From the NCBI GenBank assembly GCA_000388065.2, contig KB932206.1: DNA of 43,539 bases, one strand, 5' to 3'. A program made the position numbers and the translations under genes. The notes beneath the pieces are model-generated. The model was not told where the DNA came from. It searched no databases and saw nothing but the letters and a program-made list of their open reading frames with translations. Origin of the DNA: Fonticula alba ATCC 38817. Its lineage: Eukaryota > Protista > Nucleariida. Each line of letters opens with the position of its first letter. Positions within the stretch are counted from its first letter, which is position 1. Shown here piece after piece: positions 22,901 through 32,836 of the stretch.

Positions 22901-24280
22901 CGCTCGGCTGGCATGCATCCCTGCGTGCGGACGAGGCGCTCGGCCTTGGCGCCGGAGCGCACGGCGTGGGCTTCAGCCAGGAGGTGGCCTTGCTGCCTCA
23001 TACCCTTCTCTTTGCGAGCATCTGGCGCGCCGGGTCCGCCGGCGTGCGGGAGTCCATCGTCGCACGGGATCCGGTACGCCTTCCGATGAGCTGAGCCGGC
23101 TGCTCCCCCCCCCCTCCCCCCCTCCTGCCCTGCCACATGGTCTGACATGCATGCTTGCCGCTCCCCGCTCCAGGCCCTGGCTGCCTTCTCCTTCGAGCAT
23201 ATCCACCTGGCCCTTGCGCACTTGGTGGGCTTCGGACTGGTCATTCGTGAGGGCCATGTCAAGACCACGCTCCTTGCCAGTCCCTTCTTCCTGGAGCAGA
23301 TGGATCGCAGTAGGGTCCGCCTCCCTCGGCGGCCCTGGTCTGATTTGGCGGCCGGCTACAACCGCCAGCTTTTCGATGTACATTTCTCGGGCTTGCCTCG
23401 GCCCCCTCCTCCATGCCCTGGCTCCCACCTTGCGGCCTCTCCCCTCATGGCTGTCGCTGCTACAGCCTGGCTGACACTGACCCCTTGGCCCTTTCGCAGT
23501 CCTTCCAGCATGCGCTCATTCGGCAAATGGTCCTAACCGGCGGTGTCGCAGATGAGGTCCGCCCCCTTCGCCGCCTCGACAGGGAGAGCCCCTGACCTGG
23601 CATCTGGCCCATTGGAGTCCTCTAACTCTTCTCTTTTCCCCCTGTGCCCCCTCCCACATTCCTCTTCGCCTTTCCTGGCCTCATTCTCCATCCCCATTGG
23701 CTATTGCTGCCACACACACACACACACATATGCACGCACGCACATGCGACACGGCCGATCCTGCCCTTAGCCGACCCTCCTTGCGGCAATGGCAGAGCTG
23801 GTGTCCATGGGCGACCTGCGCGATTTGCTGGACCACTTGATTTGTCTGCGCGTCCTGCTGCCGGACTTGGCCGTGGCCCTTGCCCAGCCGGGGTCCTTCG
23901 CGGACACAGTCATCTCGATGGAGGAGTCCACCGGCCAGGCAACGATCACCACAGCCGGGGCATTCCTCCGATGCCATCTGGGCATCAATGCCGCGCCCTT
24001 CGACCATTACGGCGGATTGGGTCTGTCGCCGGCCGAGGAGCAGGCCGGCCGGCTTCCATCCCGGGAGGACCCCCCATCGCGCCGGTCGGCCCACACGGCC
24101 ATCCGTGTTCGGCGCTCCTTCCGTCTGAGTCCGGTTTGGTTTGAGCGCGCCAACCACTCCATTTCGGCCACCGAGTTCCTCAACCTGCGGGGGGATCAGT
24201 CGCAGCCGCACTTCCCGCCGGTCGGGACGGCCGCCACCATCGCCCGAGACACGGAGACCGTGGCGCAGTCGGCCGGCTAA
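13927..24280 (+). CDS. GTF3C1: TFIIIC B-box-binding subunit (tau138/Tfc3/GTF3C1), 19 exons, about 2518 codons, with one in-frame TAG at 18915..18917. Exons: 13927..13981,14084..14297,14465..14597,14712..14869,15017..15257,15406..16040,16267..16493,16683..16785,16899..17112,17232..17339,17509..18485,18710..19604,19770..19878,20013..20153,20246..21204,21457..23073,23174..23377,23500..23556,23771..24280
   Basis: The N-terminus MDEYLRVLIDEIALEG resembles MDALESLLDEVALEG, followed by LLWPALIRHP and RVVASTTYRHRML. The B-block winged helix is VLEQAAKSRERGFPQSEVSRILSIDPRTIFSMVKSLEQAGL, with MDRRTIRRIIDVL further on. A SANT-like segment reads IPWDAL...LPWGLI...CQRRMISLR and the C-terminus reads LVSMGDLRDLLDHL. 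All 18 introns are phase-consistent; a few acceptors are ambiguous. Confidence 0.88.
21229..21281 (+). repeat. Copy A of a 53-nt intronic element (46/53 identical to copy B), followed by a CA/CG-rich tract
   Basis: tcttcgcctttccttgtctcattctccatccccatcggccattaccgctacac, aligned by hand to 23663..23715. Confidence 0.85.
21381..21420. repeat. 20-nt tandem duplication within an alternating purine-pyrimidine intronic tract
   Basis: caattacgcgcgcacacacg caattacgcgcgcacacaca. Confidence 0.85.
23663..23715 (+). repeat. Copy B of the 53-nt intronic element, followed by (CA)n
   Basis: tcttcgcctttcctggcctcattctccatccccattggctattgctgccacac. Confidence 0.85.
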
Positions 24281-24873
24281 GCATGTCACACCAGCCAAGC
24301 CCTGCTGTTCCCGGCTCCCCCTCTCGCTTGAATAAACATCCCACCCTTGCCCCCGCACCACCCCTCGAGAGAAAGAGCCACCGAGGCTTGAGAGGAAGAA
24401 TGCCAGCCGGGCACCGGGGAGAGGGGGGAGAAAGGCAAAGCAACACACAAGGCCAAAACCGGAAGGAGGGGAAAAAGTGAGGGGAGGAAGACTGGCCTGC
24501 AGTCGTACATTTGAGCAGGGGAGGGCACACGCCAGGCGAGAGAGGAGGATGGGCGAATGGAGGGGGGAGAGCGAGGGGAACTGGATGGAGGCTGTGGCAC
24601 GCCTGGTGCACACACACACGCACACACACACACACACACGCCCGGGCTCACTCCGCGCCCTCCTTCCCTCCCCTCTCGGCCTCGTGGTAGGGGGGGAGAG
24701 GAGGAGATGGGCAAGGAGCATGCACGCATGCAGAGACTGTGCATGCAGACGCCCCACCCCACCCCCCGGCCCGCGCCTCCTCCCTCCCCGGGCGGCAAAG
24801 GGGGAAGGGCGAGGTGCGAGGCGGAGAACGAAAGACAAACCCACACGGCGGGGAGATCCCCGCGTGGGTGCGC

Positions 24874-26322
24874 TCACTTGCCAATGACGCCCTGCTTGGC
24901 CAAGACAAACATGCCGACCGCGACAATGGCCACGAGGACCACCGCGCCGACGGCAATGCCGATGATGGCACCGGTGGCCGAGGAGGTGCCGGTGCCGGGG
25001 CTCAGCTCGGCCACCTGGGGCGAGGTCAGCCGGCGCATGGCGGCCTGGCCGGCCTTCGGGGCCACATAGATGCCCAGCTGGTGGCCAGTGCGAAGGAGCT
25101 GGGCATCGGCCGGGTCAAGGCGGCACCGGCGGTACCGCTTAAGGTGGTCGTCGGAGGAGAGCCCCTCATTTTCGGCGTCAAAGAGAATGCAGATGTCGCG
25201 CGAGACGATGGCATCGTCCTTCTTGCTCGGCGGGTCGACCAGCTGGACGGCCACGTAGGAGGTGTCCTCGGCCAGCAGGGAGGTCCGCGGGACGACCAGC
25301 ATCTGCTCGGTCACCGGGTTGACATCGATCAGGGTGAAGAAGGTGAAGTCGGACTCCGGCTGGGTGATGAGGGAGGTGTACTCGGCGGTCATCTGGGGGA
25401 AGGCAAACAGCTCGCCGGTCACCTGGTCCGAGGAGATGAGGGCAAAGATGCAGGCATCCTTGGTCAGGAGCTCGCGATAGAAGTCCGCATCATCGTAACG
25501 GATGTCCTGGTAGAAGAAGGGCGACTTGGGGTCCAGGTTGAAGGTTTGCCGGAACTTCGGGCAGTGGATGATCATCTTGGTGGGCTTGGACATGCTGTGC
25601 GACAGCTGGATGGTGAGCTGGAAATTCGGGAAGACATCCATGCCGCGGAAGAGCAGCAGCCCGGACCCGGAGTTGGTGCTCTTGCTCTTCTCGAAGGAGT
25701 TGTCCGGCTTGGAGAACTCCCCGCGGTTGGGGACAAAGTCCAGCATCTGGATGACGGGAGACTGGGAGTCGTTGGTCCAGCGGGAAACCGGCTGCAGGGT
25801 GCCCAGCAGCAGGCCATTCGGGTGGGTCTTGGTGGTGCCGTAGATGATGACGGCATCATTCAGCACATACGAGGCCACATGGGGGTTGAGCTTGATCGAG
25901 GCCCGGACGATGCCGGTCCCGGCCGCGGGGATGGTCCCGAGCTTGGCGATGATGGGCGCCCGGCGGCCGCTGCAAGCCACGTCGTCCGGGGAAATCCACC
26001 CGCCGGAGTCGCTCTGGCAGATGCGCGGGCCGGCCAGGTACCAGGTGATGGCCTCGGTGGGGGGGGGATGGTAGATCTTCAGGTCCAGGACGCCGCCATT
26101 CATGGAGGCATACGCACGAGCGCTGTCCGGCTTGAGGGTGGTGTCGGCGGGGAGCCCGGCACGGCGGTAGTTGAAGTCCGCCGCCAGGTGGAAGGTGCGC
26201 TTGTCATCGGCACCATACAGCTGGGTGTAGTCGTTGATCTGGGCCACCGCCAGGGTGGGCACCAGGCAGAGGAGCGCCAGCAGCAGGCAGACCGCCTGGA
26301 GCAGGGAGGAGCGTCCGGCCAT
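24874..26322 (-). CDS. Intronless type I membrane protein, 482 aa: signal peptide, three tandem CHRD-like repeats, TM helix, 7-aa tail
   Basis: Hydrophobic leader at aa 7-27 and TM at about aa 452-475. Strong C-ending codon bias and ctgaccATGg context. The CHRD-like pattern was recognised by eye, so the domain call is less certain than the gene. Confidence 0.85.
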   Translation of the reverse strand: MAGRSSLLQAVCLLLALLCLVPTLAVAQINDYTQLYGADDKRTFHLAADFNYRRAGLPADTTLKPDSARAYASMNGGVLDLKIYHPPPTEAITWYLAGPRICQSDSGGWISPDDVACSGRRAPIIAKLGTIPAAGTGIVRASIKLNPHVASYVLNDAVIIYGTTKTHPNGLLLGTLQPVSRWTNDSQSPVIQMLDFVPNRGEFSKPDNSFEKSKSTNSGSGLLLFRGMDVFPNFQLTIQLSHSMSKPTKMIIHCPKFRQTFNLDPKSPFFYQDIRYDDADFYRELLTKDACIFALISSDQVTGELFAFPQMTAEYTSLITQPESDFTFFTLIDVNPVTEQMLVVPRTSLLAEDTSYVAVQLVDPPSKKDDAIVSRDICILFDAENEGLSSDDHLKRYRRCRLDPADAQLLRTGHQLGIYVAPKAGQAAMRRLTSPQVAELSPGTGTSSATGAIIGIAVGAVVLVAIVAVGMFVLAKQGVIGK

Positions 26323-26335
26323 GGTCAGGGGGGGG

Positions 26336-28373
26336 NNNNNNNNNNNNNNNNNNNNNNNNNNNNNNNNNNNNNNNNNNNNNNNNNNNNNNNNNNNNNNNNN
26401 NNNNNNNNNNNNNNNNNNNNNNNNNNNNNNNNNNNNNNNNNNNNNNNNNNNNNNNNNNNNNNNNNNNNNNNNNNNNNNNNNNNNNNNNNNNNNNNNNNNN
26501 NNNNNNNNNNNNNNNNNNNNNNNNNNNNNNNNNNNNNNNNNNNNNNNNNNNNNNNNNNNNNNNNNNNNNNNNNNNNNNNNNNNNNNNNNNNNNNNNNNNN
26601 NNNNNNNNNNNNNNNNNNNNNNNNNNNNNNNNNNNNNNNNNNNNNNNNNNNNNNNNNNNNNNNNNNNNNNNNNNNNNNNNNNNNNNNNNNNNNNNNNNNN
26701 NNNNNNNNNNNNNNNNNNNNNNNNNNNNNNNNNNNNNNNGGGAGGCGAGCAAGGGGAGACACTCGGTCAGTGGGGAGAGGGTGGCGCGGCCGGGGAGAGG
26801 GGTGCGGTGGGGAGGATATGGGCGAGGGCGAAGATGCAGCCGAGTGGTGGGGATACGGCGGGGAAATACCAACAAGGGGGAGGGGTTGACGATGCAAGAA
26901 GGGAGAAGCAACTGCAAGCAACGGAGGAGGGGGAGAAAGTGCTTGTGCCTTGGGGAGTGTGGCCTCCGCCGCCGGGGGGCGCCCGCCGAAATAGCCCTCC
27001 GCCCGCGAGGCAGGTGAGCCGGGAACAGGGGCCGACCAGCCGGGGGGGGGGGGGCAGGCGCGCCAGAGCAAATTGACACACAGGGGGTCCGGGTTCCGCC
27101 CCTGGCCGCCCCCCGCCCGGGGCCCCTTCGCCGGGCCGCAAGACAAAAACATGCGCCCGGTGGCCGATCCGCGAGCCACCCCTTTGGGGGGGGGGGGGGA
27201 GGCGCACGGAGGGCCTCTCGCAATGTCTCGGAACGAAGGTATGGGGCCGCTCTCGCGGGGGGGATTTGGCCGCCCAGCGGGCTGGGCCCTTTTCTCCCAC
27301 ACACACACACTCCGCTCGAGCCCCGACAGACGGCATACGTGTCCGGCGGCGTCGAGGGCCGGGCGGCCGGGGCACGCCCGCAGCCCCTGGCTCCGTCCGC
27401 CTCCCCCTCCCGGGGTGCAGGACATGGCCGGTTGCCACCAAAGTCCCGCGCGACCCGGGCCGGGTGCTCCCCCGGTGAGCTCTGGGGCGCGGCCCGTCTG
27501 GCCGGCGGGCGTACGCGACCTCACGCGTCCACCGGCGCAGGAATGTCCGGCCCGGGGGTTGTCACCGCGCCGGGTCGCCCTTCTGGGAAACCGGGCCCCG
27601 GTGGCGGCGCCAGCGCCCGCTTCGCACACTCTCGCCCGCAGCCCATGCCCAAACACTTGCGCGCACGGGCGCGCCCGGGCCCGAGGGCGGCCCCAGGCGA
27701 GCCGACAATCGCCATGGGACGCGGCCCCAGTGCGGTGGTCGCGCGGGCCGCGGCAGGCAAGCCCCTCCGCCATGTCGGTGCCGCGCGAAACAAACACACC
27801 TGTGGGGGGGGGGGGGGGGGGGGNNNNNNNNNNNNNNNNNNNNNNNNNNNNNNNNNNNNNNNNNNNNNNNNNNNNNNNNNNNNNNNNNNNNNNNNNNNNN
27901 NNNNNNNNNNNNNNNNNNNNNNNNNNNNNNNNNNNNNNNNNNNNNNNNNNNNNNNNNNNNNNNNNNNNNNNNNNNNNNNNNNNNNNNNNNNNNNNNNNNN
28001 NNNNNNNNNNNNNNNNNNNNNNNNNNNNNNNNNNNNNNNNNNNNNNNNNNNNNNNNNNNNNNNNNNNNNNNNNNNNNNNNNNNNNNNNNNNNNNNNNNNN
28101 NNNNNNNNNNNNNNNNNNNNNNNNNNNNNNNNNNNNNNNNNNNNNNNNNNNNNNNNNNNNNNNNNNNNNNNNNNNNNNNNNNNNNNNNNNNNNNNNNNNN
28201 NNNNNNNNNNNNNNNNNNNNNNNNNNNNNNNNNNNNNNNNNNNNNNNNNNNNNNNNNNNNNNNNNNNNNNNNNNNNNNNNNNNNNNNNNNNNNNNNNNNN
28301 NNNNNNNNNNNNNNNNNNNNNNNNNNNNNNNNNNNNNNNNNNNNNNNNNNNNNNNNNNNNNNNNNNNNNNNNN
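26336..28373. other. Two large assembly gaps (26336..26739 and 27824..28373) in the intergenic region between the CHRD-like gene and SIN1
   Basis: N runs, each adjoining a poly-G stretch. Confidence 0.99.
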
Positions 28374-29027
28374 CGGGACACGAGGGTTCGATCAAGCGCC
28401 CGGGACCACGGACCGCATGAAACATGCATTCCCCGGGGCCGCCCTGGCGGCGGTGCCCGGCGCCCCGCGGACACGCACACGCGCGCTCGCCGGGCCAGGC
28501 GCGAGCAGCTGGGGATGGCGGCACCACCCCCATGCCCCGAGCGGTCTGGCCGCTCCGCCCTCGCTCTCTCTGGGGAGCAGAGAGAGAGAGAGAGAGAGAG
28601 CGAGGGCCGAGAAAACGATTAACACCTGGCCACCGACCGGTGCTCCTCCGCCCGGCACACGGCCGCCAACGGGCATCGTCCAAAATAAGACCCTCCCCCC
28701 CCGGAGACACACACAGGCCGACATGCGCGCCCGCTCGTCAGCACAGCCATAGGTATTGTTCGGGCCGCATCCGCCTCAAGGCATCCCGAAGCCAGGTCAT
28801 TATTGCGTATGGCGTCCATGCGATGGAGGACCATCGGTTTGTGGGGACGCGTGCGTGCGTGCATGGCATGCCGGCCGCAGGGCCGCGCGTCGGCCCGGCA
28901 AGAGGGCCCATGTCCGGCCCATCACGGCGGGTCCTCCCCCCGGAGGGGAGGGACGCCCGTGCATGTTACGTGTTTTTCTGAGATGTCCGCCCATATTGCC
29001 CGCCGGCGTTTCGCCAAGCACCGCGCG

Positions 29028-29048
29028 AAAAAAAAAAAAAAAAAAAAA
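29028..29048. repeat. Poly(dA) tract A21
   Basis: Direct reading; the longest A/T run in the window. Confidence 0.95.
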
Positions 29049-30277
29049 CTCCCCCACACCGGAGGCCAATATAAACAGTGCTTCCGGGCGGGAAAACCCA
29101 ATCTCCAGGGCCCACGCCCTGCCTCTGGTTCCCCCCTGGCCGGGGGGCGGCTGAGCACCGAGCAGCGCATTATTACGCCCAGGACCATGTTTTTGATGGG
29201 GGAGGGGGGGGGGCGGCGGTGCTGGTCCTTCATACCCGCGGGTCTTTATTTCCATCTTCGTGGGCATCGGCCGGGCGGTGTGTGCCGTCGCGCCCTGGCG
29301 TTAATCGTCTCCGGTTAATACACCGGACGCGCCCGCTCGGTTACCTTGGTCAGCACGATCCCGCCCCCCCCCCCCCGCCCCCCCCCAGGGGCGACCCGCC
29401 AGCATATCGGGCGCGGGGTGCCCGGACCGGCTGGCCGTCGGGCCGATCCCCCGGGGCGGCTCGGTATTCAGCCTGTGCTGGGGAGTGCGGGTGGCATGTC
29501 TCTCCCCCAGGAGGCCCGTTTTTTCCGCCGGTATGTCCGGCGCACGCGCCGTCCGCCTTTTATCATGACAGTCCAAAGACCGTCCTGCGCGAGGGCCCCC
29601 CGCGTTGGAGCGGGACACAGAAGGGCGGGCGACAAAGCCCGAAGACTTATGGGGGGGGGGGGGGGGGCGGGGGCGGGGGCACATGCGAGCACGGCAGCAG
29701 CCCCAGGGGCACGGCCTTCTCCCGACCAGCCAGCCGGGATACCCTAAATTGACGTCGGCCATCCGGGCTTCTTCCTGCCGCCGCCGCCGCCCCCCTGGCG
29801 AGTTCGCTGGCATGCCAGTCCCCGCGCGAATGGCTCCCCCCGCCGCCGACGGGGAGCGGGGGAGGGGGGGGGATGGGCGGGCGTAGGGGCAGCCGGGGAG
29901 GCGCGAGGAGAGACGGCACACCCACGACTGTCCCCTGACACACGGCCCGCCCGAGATCCCCTCCGCCCTGCGCCGGCCGGGCAGCAGAGCAGGCCGCCAG
30001 CTGGGCCTCATCGGGATCCAACCATCATCGAAGCTCGGACCGGGCACCGGCCATCCCGGTCTCCTCCCCCCTCCCTCTCGACACCCCCTTTGCTCTCCGC
30101 CTCCGCCTCCTCCCTCGACCCCTTCTTCTTTGCGCCACTTGATCGCGGGCCTGCAGGCCGGCCGCCCCGCCCCTCCCTCTCCTCCCTCCCTCTGCCCCCC
30201 CCCCCCTCTCGATCCCGGATCACGCAGCGGGCCGCGATCGCGTGCGCCGCTCCCCCTCCCCCCACTCCCCAGAGCAC

Positions 30278-32801
30278 ATGGCGGTCTCCGGTAATAGCGC
30301 CATCGCCCTTGCGCGCCTGCGCTTTGCCTATCTCGAGCGGTGCGCCCCATGCCTTCCCCCTGTGCCGCCCCCCCCCCAACCCCTCCCACCCACCCACCTC
30401 CCCTTCGTGTCCTCTCCCCTATGCTCACCCTGTGCGTCTCAGCGAGGGGTCCGTGGCCGAGCGCGTCATCCCGGCACCCCCGCTGTCCATCGGCGAGGCG
30501 GCTGTCCCCTTTGTCGGGTCGCCCATCCACCTGCAGCGGTCCCCCCTGGCCGAGGCCGGCCTGCTGGCGGACGATCCCGATGCCTTGGGCCCTCACGATG
30601 AGGGGGCCGTCACGCCGGACGCCGAGGCCCGACACCTGGATGACCATGCCACCGGCGTGCCGGCCTATGCCCTGCATGACATCGCCAAGCCCGTCAACTC
30701 GCTGTCCATCTCACACATTGAGGCCCCTCTGCGCCTGGCCGAAGGCCGGCTCCAGGCCCGGCGCCTCGAGCAGCATACCCTCGAGCAACAGGCCACCCGG
30801 GCCATCCAGCAGCATGCGGTGCACCAGCCTCTCAATGGTGCCGGGCCGCATGCTGTTGCCGCCCCCGGCGGGGCCGGTGCACACTTGCCCCCGGGCCCGG
30901 CCCCTCCGCAGGCCGAATCCGGGGCCGATGGCGAGCACCCGACCTTTCCCCCGGGGCAAAAGGCGCCCGCCGCACCTGGCGGAGCTCCCGGTCCCCGGGC
31001 CATCGCAGCTCCTGCTGGTCGTGCTGCCCCGGTGGGACGGCCATTCCCCAGCCCGCGCCGCACGGCCGACTCGTCGCCGGCCGACGGGCCGCTGACCTTT
31101 TCTCGACAGTGCGGGCCACCACGGCGCGGCGCCTTTTCCTTGCCCCCCCGCGCGGCTTCTTTTCCTCTTCTTCCCTTCGGCCCTTCCCCCCCCCCCCCCC
31201 TCCCTCCCTGTATCCCACTGACCCGTCCCTTTTTTCTTCTCTCGATGCAGAAGGCCCTCCTCGGTGCTCGAGTCCGCGTCATCCAAGTCCAAACCCGGCA
31301 GCCTGCTGACCGAGCTGGTCGTACGCAACAAGGGCTACATGAACCCCTTCTCGTCGTACTCGAGCTTCGTACGCATGAACCTCTCCCTCTCTCTCTCCTT
31401 CCCTCTCTCTCTCTCTTTCTCTCTCCCTGTCCCCCCGCTCTTCTTGACCCCGCCTGGGGCGCCTCTCCTGCCCGCCAGTGCTCACCAGCAGCTCGCCCCC
31501 TTCCCCCTCCTTCCCCCTCCTTCCCCCGCCTCTCCCCCCTGCATTTCGCCCGCGCACCCGAACTGTTGCCACCCCTCTTTGGCAGTGCGGTCGCGGCGAG
31601 CGGTCCCCGGTTGTCATGAAGATCTTCTTTCCCTTTGCCACCTTCCTGCCGCAGGAGGCCCCGGCTCCGGGATCCGCCCCGGCCGCCGCAACCGGCTCCG
31701 ACGCCCCGGCCGCCTCGGATGCCCCGGTCGCCCCGGCTGCCACTCCGGCCGTTCCGGCCGCCCAAGCCACCCCGGCACTCGAGGGCAATGAGTACACGGC
31801 GGCCGCCATTGCCGCCGCCCGGCGACATCGGCACACGGCCCGATCGCGCTTTCACGCACAGCGCGCCGCCAGCAGCTCCAGTGCCACTGGCCAACGCGCG
31901 GCTCCCTCGATGGTCCTCTCCATCAAGAGCGGCACCACCATCGACAATGCCATCGGCTATGCCTTGTATGAGTATGCCGAGGCGGCCGTGGCCGGGCGCT
32001 TCACGCCGGCGCCCCTGGCCCAGGTGGGCGCCTACTCGCTGCGCATGGTGGATGACGACGAGCTAGGGACTGTGGATTATGGGACCCCCGTCTTCGGAAA
32101 GCATCAGACCATCGAAGCCGACACCTTTGGCCTGTGCGAGGACAAGGCCGCGCGCAAGAAGTGTACGCTCATCTGCTGTCCAACCGTCCGCTCCCCCCCC
32201 CCCCTCCGGCTCGTTTGCGCCCCGCTCTTGCTCTCTTCCCGCCCTTCCCCTGCTCTCTTCCCGCCCTTCCCCTGCTCTCTTCCCGCCCCTCCCTTGCTGT
32301 CCCCCCTGCCCATGGGCGCACCCCGGCGCCCAAGTCTGACCCCTCCCCCGCCGGCCGCCCCTGACATCGCCTGTGCACATAGTCGAGGAGGCTCGCAACT
32401 CCGATCCCGATGATGCCGGTAAGCCGCTGCTTTTCCGCGTCCACCTCTACTCCACGCTGGACATCAAGCAAACCTCCACGGTGATGGCCCAGTCAAATTG
32501 GACCTGCAAGGCGCTGCTGCGGCAGCTGTGCGAGAAGCACAAGCTCCCGATCGCTCTGTACACCCTGCGCGCGGCCGATGCGGTGACCGAGCTGCCGCCC
32601 GATCAAAAGCTCAGCATGATCCCCGACAATGAGCGCGAGGTCTGCCTCATGAAGAAGGGCGGGAATTCCGGTGTGTAACTCCCATGCCGGCGTGCCTCGC
32701 CCGCCTCCCTGCTAGCGCGCCCGGAAGCTGACCAGCACCTGCCCCTCCCCCCCCCCCCCCCCCCCCCCCCCGCCCCCCCCCCCCCCCCCCCNNNNNNNNN
32801 N

Positions 32802-32836
<35 letters not shown>

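Noticed and set aside
24739-26889. 716-aa + strand ORF antisense to the CHRD-like gene (likewise 16945..18477 and 42111..43520)
   Set aside because: Antisense shadows expected from strongly C/G-ending codons. The first also runs through an N gap.
26204-28752. Long ORFs across the gapped intergenic region
   Set aside because: Their length comes from N runs and G/C homopolymers, with no protein-like composition.
29300-29335. tccggt-taatac-accgga hairpin like TPP riboswitch P5
   Set aside because: The preceding CCUGAU and the P2/P3 UGAGA elements are missing.
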